A stretch of 63,512 nt of DNA, counting the filler, from Octopus bimaculoides (lineage: Eukaryota), in the NCBI RefSeq assembly GCF_001194135.2. It is 4 parts of 3 records of this genome, joined end to end, with 100 filler letters (N's around TTAATTAATTAA, not from the genome) between each part and the next. Parts side by side here need not be neighbours in the genome. Positions count along the whole stretch, not along the records: positions 50,612 to 60,758 come from NC_068997.1; positions 60,859 to 63,512 come from NC_068981.1; 2 more parts are not named here. One strand, 5' to 3'. How positions within the stretch are numbered: the first letter of the stretch is position 1; each line of letters opens with the position of its first letter. Made by a program: the position numbers and the translations under genes. Under the pieces are notes generated by a model. The model was not told where the DNA came from. It worked only from the letters and a program-made list of their open reading frames with translations, and did not search any database. Shown in pieces: positions 52,987 to 63,512 of the stretch.

Positions 52987-53657
52987 GTCTGTCACTTCTA
53001 TACTTATATACTCTGAGCAGGGTCGAGTAAGCTGCTGTCTCTTGCAGCGGCCAGCACCGAGGACGGGAAATTAACCAGAAATCATTGGTCTGTTGGTACT
53101 GCTAGTGACTGCTATTGATCACAATATATTTCAGACACAGATTGTGTGTCGATAACCAGCTGGAAAAGATGTTTTACTGGGGTTAAAAGGTAGTAACATG
53201 GTTCTACGCAGGACTGTTACCTTACGTTGACAAAGAGATTTTACTATACAGTACAGTTATTACGTAGATCTCTTTCACAGATTTAAAACTAGCTTTTTTA
53301 CTTATTACGAGATCAGTGACTGTCTGTCACGTCTATATTTATATACTGTGAGTATGGTCGAGTAAGTTATTGTTGCTAGCCAGTGGTTGTCCAGCACCGA
53401 GGAAGGGGAATTACCAACAAACTATTGGTCTGTTGGTACTGCTAGTGGCTAAGAGGGAGTAGTATGCTCTCTTGCTCACAGTATATTTCAGACACATTGT
53501 GTGTCTATAACCAGCTGGAAAAGATGTTTTCCTAAAGTTATAAGGTAGTAACGCGGTCCTACGCAGTACTGCCACCTTACGTTGGCAAATATACTATGCA
53601 GTATAGTTACTACCTAGATTTCATTCAGAGATTTAAAACTAGCTGTTTTACTCATTA
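52987..53657 (+). repeat. 335-bp diverged tandem duplication rich in conserved hairpins
   Basis: 'gtctgtcac' at 52987 and 53322; colinear homology throughout with many substitutions and indels. Confidence 0.9.
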
Positions 53658-56371
53658 TATATATATATATATATATATNNNNNNNNNNNNNNNNNNNNNN
53701 NNNNNNNNNNNNNNNNNNNNNNNNNNNNNNNNNNNNNNNNNNNNNNNNNNNNNNNNNNNNNNNNNNNNNNNNNNNNNNNNNNNNNNNNNNNNNNNNNNNN
53801 NNNNNNNNNNNNNNNNNNNNNNNNNNNNNNNNNNNNNNGGATGGAGATATTTATGGCACACATAGAACAAAAACAGAAGAGAAAATAAAAACAAACCTGC
53901 CTTTAGTTAATCATGTACGACGTTTCGTGGTTAAGAATATAATATCGCCATCCGTTAGAGAAAAAATTGTAGTTTAGAATCAGTAGTTCTTTGACTGCTA
54001 TTTCTAAATTTTCAGTATGTTGGTGAAGCAACTCATGCTGACCCCTATATATTTATGATTATAAATGGTTTTACCGATAAAGGTTTTTTCATACTGAACT
54101 ACTTGGCAAAATTGTTAATTATTGATTTTATTAACTAATTCGCAATTCCCTGCCCTATATCTGTATATATATATACTAATAACCTGGTATTAGAACTCAA
54201 CATAAATATACTTCAGAACAAGGCCTCATTCCAGTACAGAGCAGTAATAGGAGTAATAGGAAACTGAATAAATGACAAGGGAATAAGAAATTGTTTCATG
54301 AACTCCGATGAAGCTATAAGGCTGATACTCGAGCACTCGACTGTGAGTACATTGCATTGCCACCAAATTTCAAGCAGGGGTCTAACAAAAGTTTGCCATT
54401 AAGATTTGTGATTGAATTAATGAGAAAGGTTAATATTTATAATGAATTTGACATTTTCGATGGGTGTGCAGTGCACACCTAGCTCACCCGGAATATACGT
54501 CCCTGGTCTAATGAGATGCCTTCGATGTGATGTGCTTCAATTTTTTTCTGATACTGTTGTTGAGGTTGTTGTATCTCACTGCGGAAAGCTGTGTCTCGGA
54601 GCACTGTCTGATCGAATTTGAGAAAATAAATTATTTCCATATTCAGCCAGAACATGTAACAAAAAACAGATTGAGAATCAAATCTTAAACTTCAGAATTC
54701 GAACACATAAGTTTACAGAGGACCACTTTTATTACAAACAGGGGATGTCCGTTTTTATCCAAATAGTACAGTAAGGTAGTTGCAATAATATTTTGTAACA
54801 TCAATCGACAGTCTTCAAGAGTCCCTGTAATATAAACTTTCCTATTACCCCCTTCATAGTTATTAACCTCCCCTACTAGGGGCCGTGATAGCCCCCTTTC
54901 AGGATACTTTGAATGAACAGCACATGGAATTTACGTCTCTACACTTTCCATTTGTATTGACAAAATATGAACTCCTATTGGAAATTACATACCATGGACA
55001 AGAAGCATTTCTACCACTTCTACACACCACTTTCATTGGATAATGGAACTGCAACTATAACATCCTACATATATTTTAATTTTTACTTTTATTCTCTTAT
55101 TTCCTTTTATACTTCTTATTTCAATCCTTTTCCAAAATAACTCCTTATATTGAACTCTATTTAACCATCTCACATCGACTCTAATATCCCAGAAACAGCT
55201 GTAACGCTAACTCTCTTTATAAATGTCCTGAAAATTCCACACAGCCTTGGCTTTGTTGTCTCATTTTAGTAAACACACACACACACACACATTCACTCAC
55301 ACTCACACATACACACACGAACACACACACACACATATATATATATACACACTTATAATCACACATACATACATAATGATATATATGTGTGTGTGTGTAA
55401 GTATGTATGTACATATATATGACAGGCTTCCATACAGTTTCCGACTTACAAATTCATGCACAAGTAATTGGTCAGCTTAGTGATATAGTAGAATACAGTT
55501 GCCACACAGTGGGATTGAACCTGAAACCATGTGATTGTAAAGTGAGCTTCTTAACCAAGCAGCCATGTCTGTCTGTCTATCTGTCTGTCCATCCGTCTGT
55601 TTGTCTATTTATCTCTTTGTCCGTCCGTCTGTCCGTCTGTCTGTCTGTCTGTCTGTATGTATGTATGTATATACGTACATGGTGCTTATGTATGTGCGTA
55701 TGTATATATGTATGTCTGTAAACGTACGCATGTATGTATGTGTGTATGTATGCATGTACGTAGGTATGTATATATGTGTGTATGTATGTGTGTGTATGTA
55801 TGTATGTATGTATCAGGAATTGACGCTATAAATTCATAAACACTAGTAGAAAATAAACCAAGCGAAATTAAATAACTACCTTTCGATAAATGACAACAGA
55901 TTTTAAAGTAGTTTCTAACTTGTGATGATGTGTCTACCCAACAGGGAAGAGAATATGAGAATTGAAAACTGTCGACATTTTTCTTTGTTCTTCCTTGTTT
56001 TGTTTCTTTAGCCACAATTTCATCTTTTCAGACATTTCATGGACAATGTCTTTTATTCCAAGAGAATTAGTAATAATCAGGAGACATAATGAGAATTATT
56101 CACGTGATCCATCCATTTTTTTTTCGATTTCTTCAACTAAATTTCTTTCAAGAAGACTTAGAATAAAATAGACTTTAGATATAAAATATGTTTAAAGTTT
56201 CATACAATAAGAGAAACATCAAATATATTGCATTCACTTTGGGGAAAATAAGTGGATCTCAGTCAGTTTCGACGATGTTGATTCACTTGTTTGATCTACT
56301 GAACAATTTGTTCATTGAGTTAACGTGTTTTAGTGGTTGAGTATTCCATAGACGTGCGTCTTTTGCTTTAA

Positions 56372-57290
56372 TTATTTTGACTCCTTGCGGAGCAGAGGGT
56401 ACAGATAAGAGACTGCCATCCGTCTTGATCTTTGACAATGGATTTCAGTTGTTCCCAAGTGCAGCAGTCTGCCACTGCTTCAGTTTCAATGGACTGTTGT
56501 TTTTGGTCTGCCACGCTTCTCTTACGAAAGGTTTAACTTGTAATTTGGAAACAAGCTGCTATAAGGTGTGTCCCTGCTAACCCCCATTTTATTCTCTTCA
56601 TCTGGGTCACGAGAGGTATCTAGTTCGCCTGTTTCCATGAGGTTTTGCTTGTGGGTCATCTCACTCGAAAGATGTTCCGGAGACATCTATTCACAAATGT
56701 TTCCTATCTTGTCAATGGAGAACCTTGTGACTCGCCATGTTTCACTCGCGTACAATAGAACCTTCTGCCTGTTCACGTTAAAGATCCCGAGTTTTATGTT
56801 TGTTGACAACGTTTGTGATCTACAGATGTATTTAGCCATTCTGAAGGCAGCTGTAACTTTTACAGTTGTTGTTTTTATGTCCTGATCTATTCCGCCTTCT
56901 TTATTGATGACACTTTCCAGGCATGTGAAATGACAGACGCCTTTAGTTTCCTCTATTCCGACAGTGAAGCTGATATCGATGGTTTCCTACAGTCTCATGC
57001 GTTTTGCTATCCTGATGTTGATTTTGAGGCCAACCTTCATAGACACTACGTTCATTACTGTGACCTCTTCCATGTCAATGTGGAGTTGGAAGAGAAAAGC
57101 AATGTCATCGGCGAAGTCAATATCTTCTACGTCGTTGCAGAGGGAACATTCTGTTCCTCTAGGTTGTAATTTGGCTATTTCTTTCATCACCCTATCAATT
57201 GCCGTTAGAAAAAGAAAGGAGGATAACAGGCTTCCTTGGCTCACCCCCGATAGGACAGTGAGTGGGTACGTTAAAGTTACATCATATACG
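56372..57290 (-). pseudogene. 5'-truncated RTE-clade LINE (RT C-terminal half)
   Basis: SQGSLLSSFLF...DIDFADDIAFL...KVGLKIN; FTCLESVINKEGG; VLLYASETW; FVNRCLRNIF; ends TWEQLKSIVKDQDGWQSLICTLCS; frameshifts and stops. Confidence 0.9.
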
Positions 57291-60149
57291 ACTTGAAATG
57301 TTCATCGTTCATAAACAACACTGACCAAAGTGTACCCTAATGTTACTCTCAAGTATATTCAACGATAAACAGAATGTGACAAGACTGGACGCTTAAATTA
57401 CGGGTACAATCCATCCGACGGTCTTTCAAATAGTTTCTGCCAACCTAATTTCTCTTACAAGGGTTCACCCGAATTTATGGTAAAATATATTTGCTAAACA
57501 TTCCACGCAATGACTTCGAACGAGGGCTCTTGTGACCGTGAAACAAACTTCATATCCAATGACAATACTGTTCCTCTCAGTAAATTTCTCATTTAACACA
57601 TTATTTCTAGTATATCTCTTAACCCATTCAACTCAAGATCTAGTAAGAACTGCCACCCAAACGTTCTGAGAGAATAAAAACGTACTTTATCACTCACTTT
57701 CACTATTTGCTTGCTTGTTTTATCTTAATCGCATTATTTATTTCTAATGATAGTTTTAAAGCTCCTTTCATGATGTATTAGAAAACTAATTTATCTTTAT
57801 CTTATGATTGATCTTCAGTCGAACCTATGAGAGAGAAACCAAAAATGCTTCTATTTTTGTTTATAAATTAACAGCGTTCAATATGGAATAAGATTTAAGC
57901 TGCTCAATTGAGACTCCTACTAAGTTTTATGCAACTTTCTTCGTACAGTCAATCCATATATATATATATATATATATATANNNNNNNNNNNNNNNNNNNN
58001 NNNNNNNNNNNNNNNNNNNNNNNNNNNNNNNNNNNNNNNNNNNNNNNNNNNNNNATATATATAATGATATAATGTACATACATGCATGTGTGTGTGTGTT
58101 TGTGGGTGCGTGCGTGTATAATTATATACTTTCGTCTCCTCTAAATTTTATAAGGTTTATCAATTATTGATGGATACTTTAAGCGAGACACCATCCTCTG
58201 CTAAAATACTTCATTGAATAAATTAACATTTATCATTACGTTCAAACTAAAAGCTGCACCTCCTAACCTTGCAACCAGCAGAGTTTAACGTTCACTATTT
58301 AAATTTTCACTGATTGAAATCGTAATTTTACTTCAACCACTTTATCACTCAACTTACAATCCAGAATACAAATGTTGAAATATACCAATTCTGTTCTGTT
58401 TAAAACCCACAAAATGTAAACTATATATTAATACAAAGCAATATAAACAATTATCATATATTGCTCTGATAATAAATATAGCGGCCTATGAAATTGATAT
58501 TTGTTAACACATCAATTAGCACATGACACAATAAAATTTCAATTCTTTAATATACTTTCAATTCCTAATCGTATTTACAGACGTTCAAGAGGGAGTTAAG
58601 GTATTATTTCGTGAAATATAGTTCAGCAGTAAAGGCTTCTATTTGCGCTGGCTTAAAGTCTTTTTGCCCATTTCTTCTGAACGCAACTGCTGTCGCTAGA
58701 ACCCTATTAATTCCTCGAAATTCAAGCTCAAAGATAATCAAACGGCTATATTTTAGTACATCTGTCCCATTTCATCTCTTCTGCTACCTTTCTTGGCCTC
58801 TTAGTGCATACATCTCTTGAACCTTTCATTTCTTCCACATACACATCTGTAAAAGCCTAACCATTTGCTATTCTAAACTGTTGGCATCAGTTAATATTAT
58901 TTTCTGTCTGTATCTTTGACATACATTTCGATTTTTTAAGCACTTAATATCTTTTTTCACACCTTTTTCACATCAAAATCCGACCTTAGTACGACTGCCA
59001 TTGCCTCTACCTACTCGAGCCGTCTAACATCTTTCTGCTTCCAATGAACTCCCTGGCACTTCAAGACATGTTAAAGTTCTATTAATACTACATTGACTAC
59101 TGTTGGCTGCATTCATCACTGAACTAGCAGGGTCTTCGAAGCAATAGAGGCAGCTTTTGGTGCTTAAGCCAGAGCACACAACTCTAAATATCAAAACATT
59201 ATGCTTGATACAAGGTACATTATAACATGTACTTACCTTCTTTCTAGCTATCTCAGTTATATAATATTAGGCGTGCATTTGCATGCCTTGTATTCATACA
59301 AGCAGCACCACTGGTCTTCTGTATCTCCTTCTACACCCGTACCGCAATAAAAGTTCAAATCGCCGAACCCTTGTAACTGCACTACAGATCTACGAGCTAA
59401 TAATAAAGTTTAAAACAAAACCGTCTGAAGACACCTGGGAGGCATTTACCTACTTGCAAAACAGCCACCAGAAAACAAATGATATGTGGCAAGGCTTCCA
59501 CACTCTCTCAGCTCTCAAATTACCACCTTAACTTATGGCCCTTGCCAAAAGGAGCCCTACGAGTTTTTATAAATCCTTCACAACTTCCACTCCTCAAATA
59601 CGATTGCTCAATGAAACAGTACATTTGCTGATAAACTCATTTCTGTTGCTACCATTTTGCTCCGGGTTCCACACAGCAAGCACGTACGCACAAAATAAAA
59701 TCACCACAAACTTCACCACACCACCCACCCGTCTGACTTCTTTCCTGCAGTTAATCAAGACACACACATATGAATATAAATATATGTGCGTGTGTATAGG
59801 CGTGTGTGCGTCTACATACATACATACATACATACATACATACATACATACATACTACATACATACATACATACATACATACATACATACATACATACAT
59901 GCATGCATACATACATACATACATACATATATGCACACACACAAACACACACACACAGAGGCACCTAATGAAAAACTCGTCCCGCCACTTCTGTTTAACA
60001 TGTCGATTAGCCTTGACTCTCCTTTCATTATTCGTCTACAGGACTCTTCAGAGCTATCTTCCGTTCAAAATTCTTACTCTCTGTTAAGTCATCTATCCTA
60101 AAGTATTTTCAAACACAATGACTGACTCATCTCCAAGAAATAAAATCTC

Positions 60150-60290
60150 ACTGGTTCCAATGATCAACGGTACGTTGCTGCTATCGTCTATAGACCCAAC
60201 AACCAACAACGTTATTAAACATCGAAGTATTTCAGTGACGCAAACCCGAACAACCACGATCTGATTATGGTGAGTTGAAATATCTGCAAA
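60150..60290 (+). pseudogene. Possible LINE AP-endonuclease remnant
   Basis: YVAAIVYRP...HDLIMV resembles the APE motifs YRPP and LIxGDFN; short and degenerate. Confidence 0.35.
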
Positions 60291-60859
60291 TAGCATCAAA
60301 TTCCTTCTATTGTATCAAAAGACATTTACTTCTTTTATATACTAAAAGAAACTAAAATTTGCTGAGAGACAGAGCCTGTAAATAAAGAGCTTTTAATGAG
60401 ATCAGAATTGCATCACACATTTCTTGTTCTTTCAATATTCGTTAAAATTATTCTTCAACTGAACATTGTTTGACAAGACAAACCCACTAACTAATCGATT
60501 CGATTTTGTATTCTGTTAGAAGACATGCTTGCTTCTTAAATTACCTCTGTCAATAGCCTTTAGTTGATGACTAATGGGAATCAAACACGGCATGTTTATT
60601 CAAGTTAACTTTTTGCTATCACACAATGATTTATACATAAATCATATAAAACCTCTTAACTATTGTGAACCAATCAATGAAACCACATATTAGCATTCTC
60701 TTTAAGATTTACAACAGTGATGTAGCTTCCTTACTTACAATTTCTTCCTTATGAAGATNNNNNNNNNNNNNNNNNNNNNNNNNNNNNNNNNNNNNNNNNN
60801 NNTTAATTAATTAANNNNNNNNNNNNNNNNNNNNNNNNNNNNNNNNNNNNNNNNNNNNC

Positions 60860-61170
60860 AGTACCGCCTGACTGGCTCCCGTAGGATTTTCGAGTGAGAT
60901 CGTTGCCAGTGCCCCTGGACTGGCTTGTGCGTGTGGCACATAAAAGACACCATTTCGAGCGGGGCCGTTTTCGTGCGGGTGACACGTAAAAGCACCCACT
61001 ACACTCTCTGAGTGGTTGGCGTTAGGAAGGGCATCCAGCTGTAGAAACTCTGCCAAATTAGATTGGAGCCTGGTGTTGCCATCCGGTTTCACCAGTCCTC
61101 AGTCAAATCGTCCAACCCATGCTAGCATGGAAAGCGGACGTTAAACGATGATGATGATGATGATGATGAT
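60860..61170 (+). mobile_element. (GAT)n-tailed SINE-like repeat (family B), apparently young copy
   Basis: 'gtggttggcgttaggaagggcatccagctgtagaaac...ccaacccatgctagcatggaaagcggacgttaaacgatgatgat'; homologues at about 1000-1262, 6076-6330 (-), 10372-10535, 20239-20420 (-), 21440-21628 and 62040-62415. Confidence 0.8.
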
Positions 61171-61464
61171 TCGTCCCCTGACCCCTTGTCTGTCCTTGTA
61201 TTGTCCACTCTATTTTTTGACATTTTGGTTAATAAAGAAAAGACTTATTCCTGTCAATAAGACTGCAGCCATGCTGGGGCACCACCTTGAAAAATTTTTA
61301 GTCGAATGAATGGACCCTAGGGCTTGTTATTTTTTAAAAATCTTGATACTTATTCTATCAGTCTCTTTTGCAGAACTGTTAAGTTACTGGGATATAAACA
61401 AACCAACACTGGTTGTCAAGCTGTTGGGGGTGGGGCATACACAAAGACACATATATATACATGG

Positions 61465-61831
61465 CAATTACAAGCAACTGAGACCTTTGGAGATATGCTG
61501 TGCTTGAGAAGACCCAGAAAGCCAAGTGAGATTGTAGTCATGGCCGATGCCAGTGCCGCATAACTGGCCTGTTTAAAAGTGCCCTTCAATTGTTGGGCAA
61601 AATGTGAAGATCTGTTGAACTGAGTAAAACCCTTGTCGTGGCCGATGCCAGTGTTGCCTGACTGGCACCTGTGCTGGTGACACATAAAAAGCACCATCCG
61701 AGTGTGACTGCTGCCAGTGCCACTTGAGTGGCACCTGTGTTGGTGGCACGTAAAAAGCACCATTCGAGCATGACTGATGCCAGTGCTGTCTGACTGGCAC
61801 CCATTCATGACCAAAGTGGGTGTTTACACTT

Positions 61832-61886
<55 letters not shown>

Positions 61887-62415
61887 ATAAGCCACTTGAG
61901 AAGAAGACCCATCAAACCAAGTGAAATTGTAGTCTTGGCAGATACTGGTGTCACGCAACTGGCAGATACTGGTGTCATGCAACTGGCAGATACTGGTGTC
62001 ACGCAACTGGCACCTGTGCTGGTGTCACGTAAAAGCACCAGCACAGAGTGGGTGGTGTTAGGAAGGGCATCCAGACATAGAAACCATGCCAAATCAGACT
62101 GGAGTCTGGTGCAGTCTCTCAGCTTGCTAGCCTTGGTCAAACTGTCCCACCCATGCCAGCATGGACAACAGACGTTAAATGATGATGATGATGATGGCAG
62201 CATAAAAAGTGGTGGGTTTTGTGCTGGTGTCATGTGAAAAGCAGCCAGTGCACTCCTTAAAATGGTTGGCATTAGGAAGGGCATCCAACCATAGGAGCCA
62301 TGCCAAAACAAACAATTGGTACCTGGTGCAGCTCTCCAGCCTTGCCACTTCCTGTCAAACCATCCAACCCATGCCAGCATGGAGTTAAATTGATGATGAT
62401 GATGATGATGATGAT
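61465..62415 (+). mobile_element. Cluster of family B repeats with internal 66-bp and 24-bp tandem modules
   Basis: Module starts at 61639, 61705 and 61771 (66-bp period); 24-bp unit 'actggcagatactggtgtcacgca' x3 near 61935-62010; (GAT)n tails at about 62180 and 62392. Confidence 0.7.
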
Positions 62416-62592
62416 ATGGTGATGGTGGTTTTTGTTGGTGTTGTTTTCATTCGGAGTTCTAATCTTGTTCTGGTCAACTTTGATAAAGTAGCAGTTAAGT
62501 ATTGAGGTCAGTGGCATTCACTGGCCCCTCCTCTCAAAAATTGCCGGCCTTATAACGTTAGGAAGTCATAGTGTAGAATATATACTGGTCAA

Positions 62593-62945
62593 GGTTATGA
62601 GCTGGCTGAATTGTTAGCATGGCGAAATGCTTAGCAATATTTCGTCTGTCTTTGTGTTCTGAGTTCAAATTCTGCTGAGGTCGACTTTGCCTTTCATCCT
62701 TTCAGGGTCAATAAATTATGTACCAGTTGCATACTGAGGTTGATCTAATCGGCTAGTCCCCTCCTCAAAAATTTTGGGCCATGTGCCTTGAGTAGAAAAA
62801 AGTATTAAAAGGTGGTGAGCTGGCAGAATCGTTAGCATGCCGGGCGAAATGCTTAGCGGCATTTCATCTGTCATTACGTTCTGAGTTCAAATTCTACCGA
62901 AGTCAACTTTGCTTTTCATCCTTTCGGGGTCACTAAATTAGTAGA
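62593..62945 (+). mobile_element. Two tandem family C SINE copies
   Basis: Head 'gagctggc...gaaatgcttagc' occurs at about 62597 and 62810. Confidence 0.75.
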
Positions 62946-63103
62946 AAAGAATATATACTGGTCGTATTATACTATTGGGAGGTATAATTAAATGTTGTGC
63001 AACTTATATTATGCATAAACTTTTGCGTAGAATGTGCATTGTGCAACTTATTGCACTACAGCTGACATTAGCTCCTTGTTTTATTAGTTTTTATCTTCTT
63101 TTA

Positions 63104-63135
<32 letters not shown>

Positions 63136-63512
63136 TTACTATTATATAGTGAAGGCAACTTTAACCTTTCGCTGTATCCTTTTAGTTGAGACCTTTTAAA
63201 CTAATGCTGGCCTCATGCTAACTCACTTCCTCTTTTGCTACTCTTTCACAATTGACCCCTTTTTTCTTCCCCCCCCCTTTAGTATTTTCTGGAGTTACAC
63301 TACCCATGATATTACCTTATTCCCCCCTCTACCTTCTTATGTTGTCTCACGCTCAACTCAACCCTTCCCCCCACCATACTTCACCTTTTAAACTTCGTTG
63401 TTTCATTATATCGAGAATAAAGTATTTTTTTTCTTCTTTTTTTTTCCCTTCTTCCCTTAATCTTTCTAATCAACTTGCTATTGATTATTTCTAACATTTC
63501 CAGGCCCATTTC

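Noticed and set aside
5314-53894. Long ORFs containing X runs or YI/HT/CV/LS/RE dipeptide repeats
   Set aside because: Produced by N gaps and microsatellites, which lack stop codons.
60025-60052. Minus-strand CTGAAGA-GTC/GAC-GAAT
   Set aside because: GAAT instead of GAAA, and no stem III or stem I partner.
26475-63512. PKC exon 2 (expected xDLEPxG...C1 domain)
   Set aside because: No matching translation found by eye; it probably lies beyond the window or in a gap.

Overview
AT-rich, microsatellite-saturated draft-assembly DNA from a eukaryote, with many N gaps and three TTAATTAATTAA contig linkers. The SINE families and the protein sequence point to an octopus or other cephalopod; this is inference, not a database result. 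One protein-coding exon is securely identifiable: the C2-domain first coding exon of a novel, Ca2+-independent protein kinase C of the epsilon/eta type (26142-26468, +), ending at a GTAAGT donor. I found no downstream PKC exon, so everything after 26469 is probably intron 1. The rest is mostly repeats: several tRNA/CORE-type SINE families, decayed RTE, R4/Dong-like, Gypsy and Tc1/mariner fragments, MITEs, a Helentron-like element, Penelope-like ends and minisatellites. There is no prokaryote-style system (no CRISPR array, no operon), and I cannot claim a confirmed new system. The best leads are: (1) a phase-compatible candidate alternative first exon inside PKC intron 1 that would give a C2-less kinase; (2) a 335-bp diverged tandem duplication whose two copies keep a co-varying multi-stem RNA fold with partial HDV-ribozyme-like topology; (3) minimal hammerhead-ribozyme motifs in Penelope-like ends, one with a variant core; (4) three different R4/Dong-like 3' ends stacked around (TAA)n tracts. 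Most ORFs in the supplied track are microsatellite or N-gap artefacts. Repeat boundaries are approximate.
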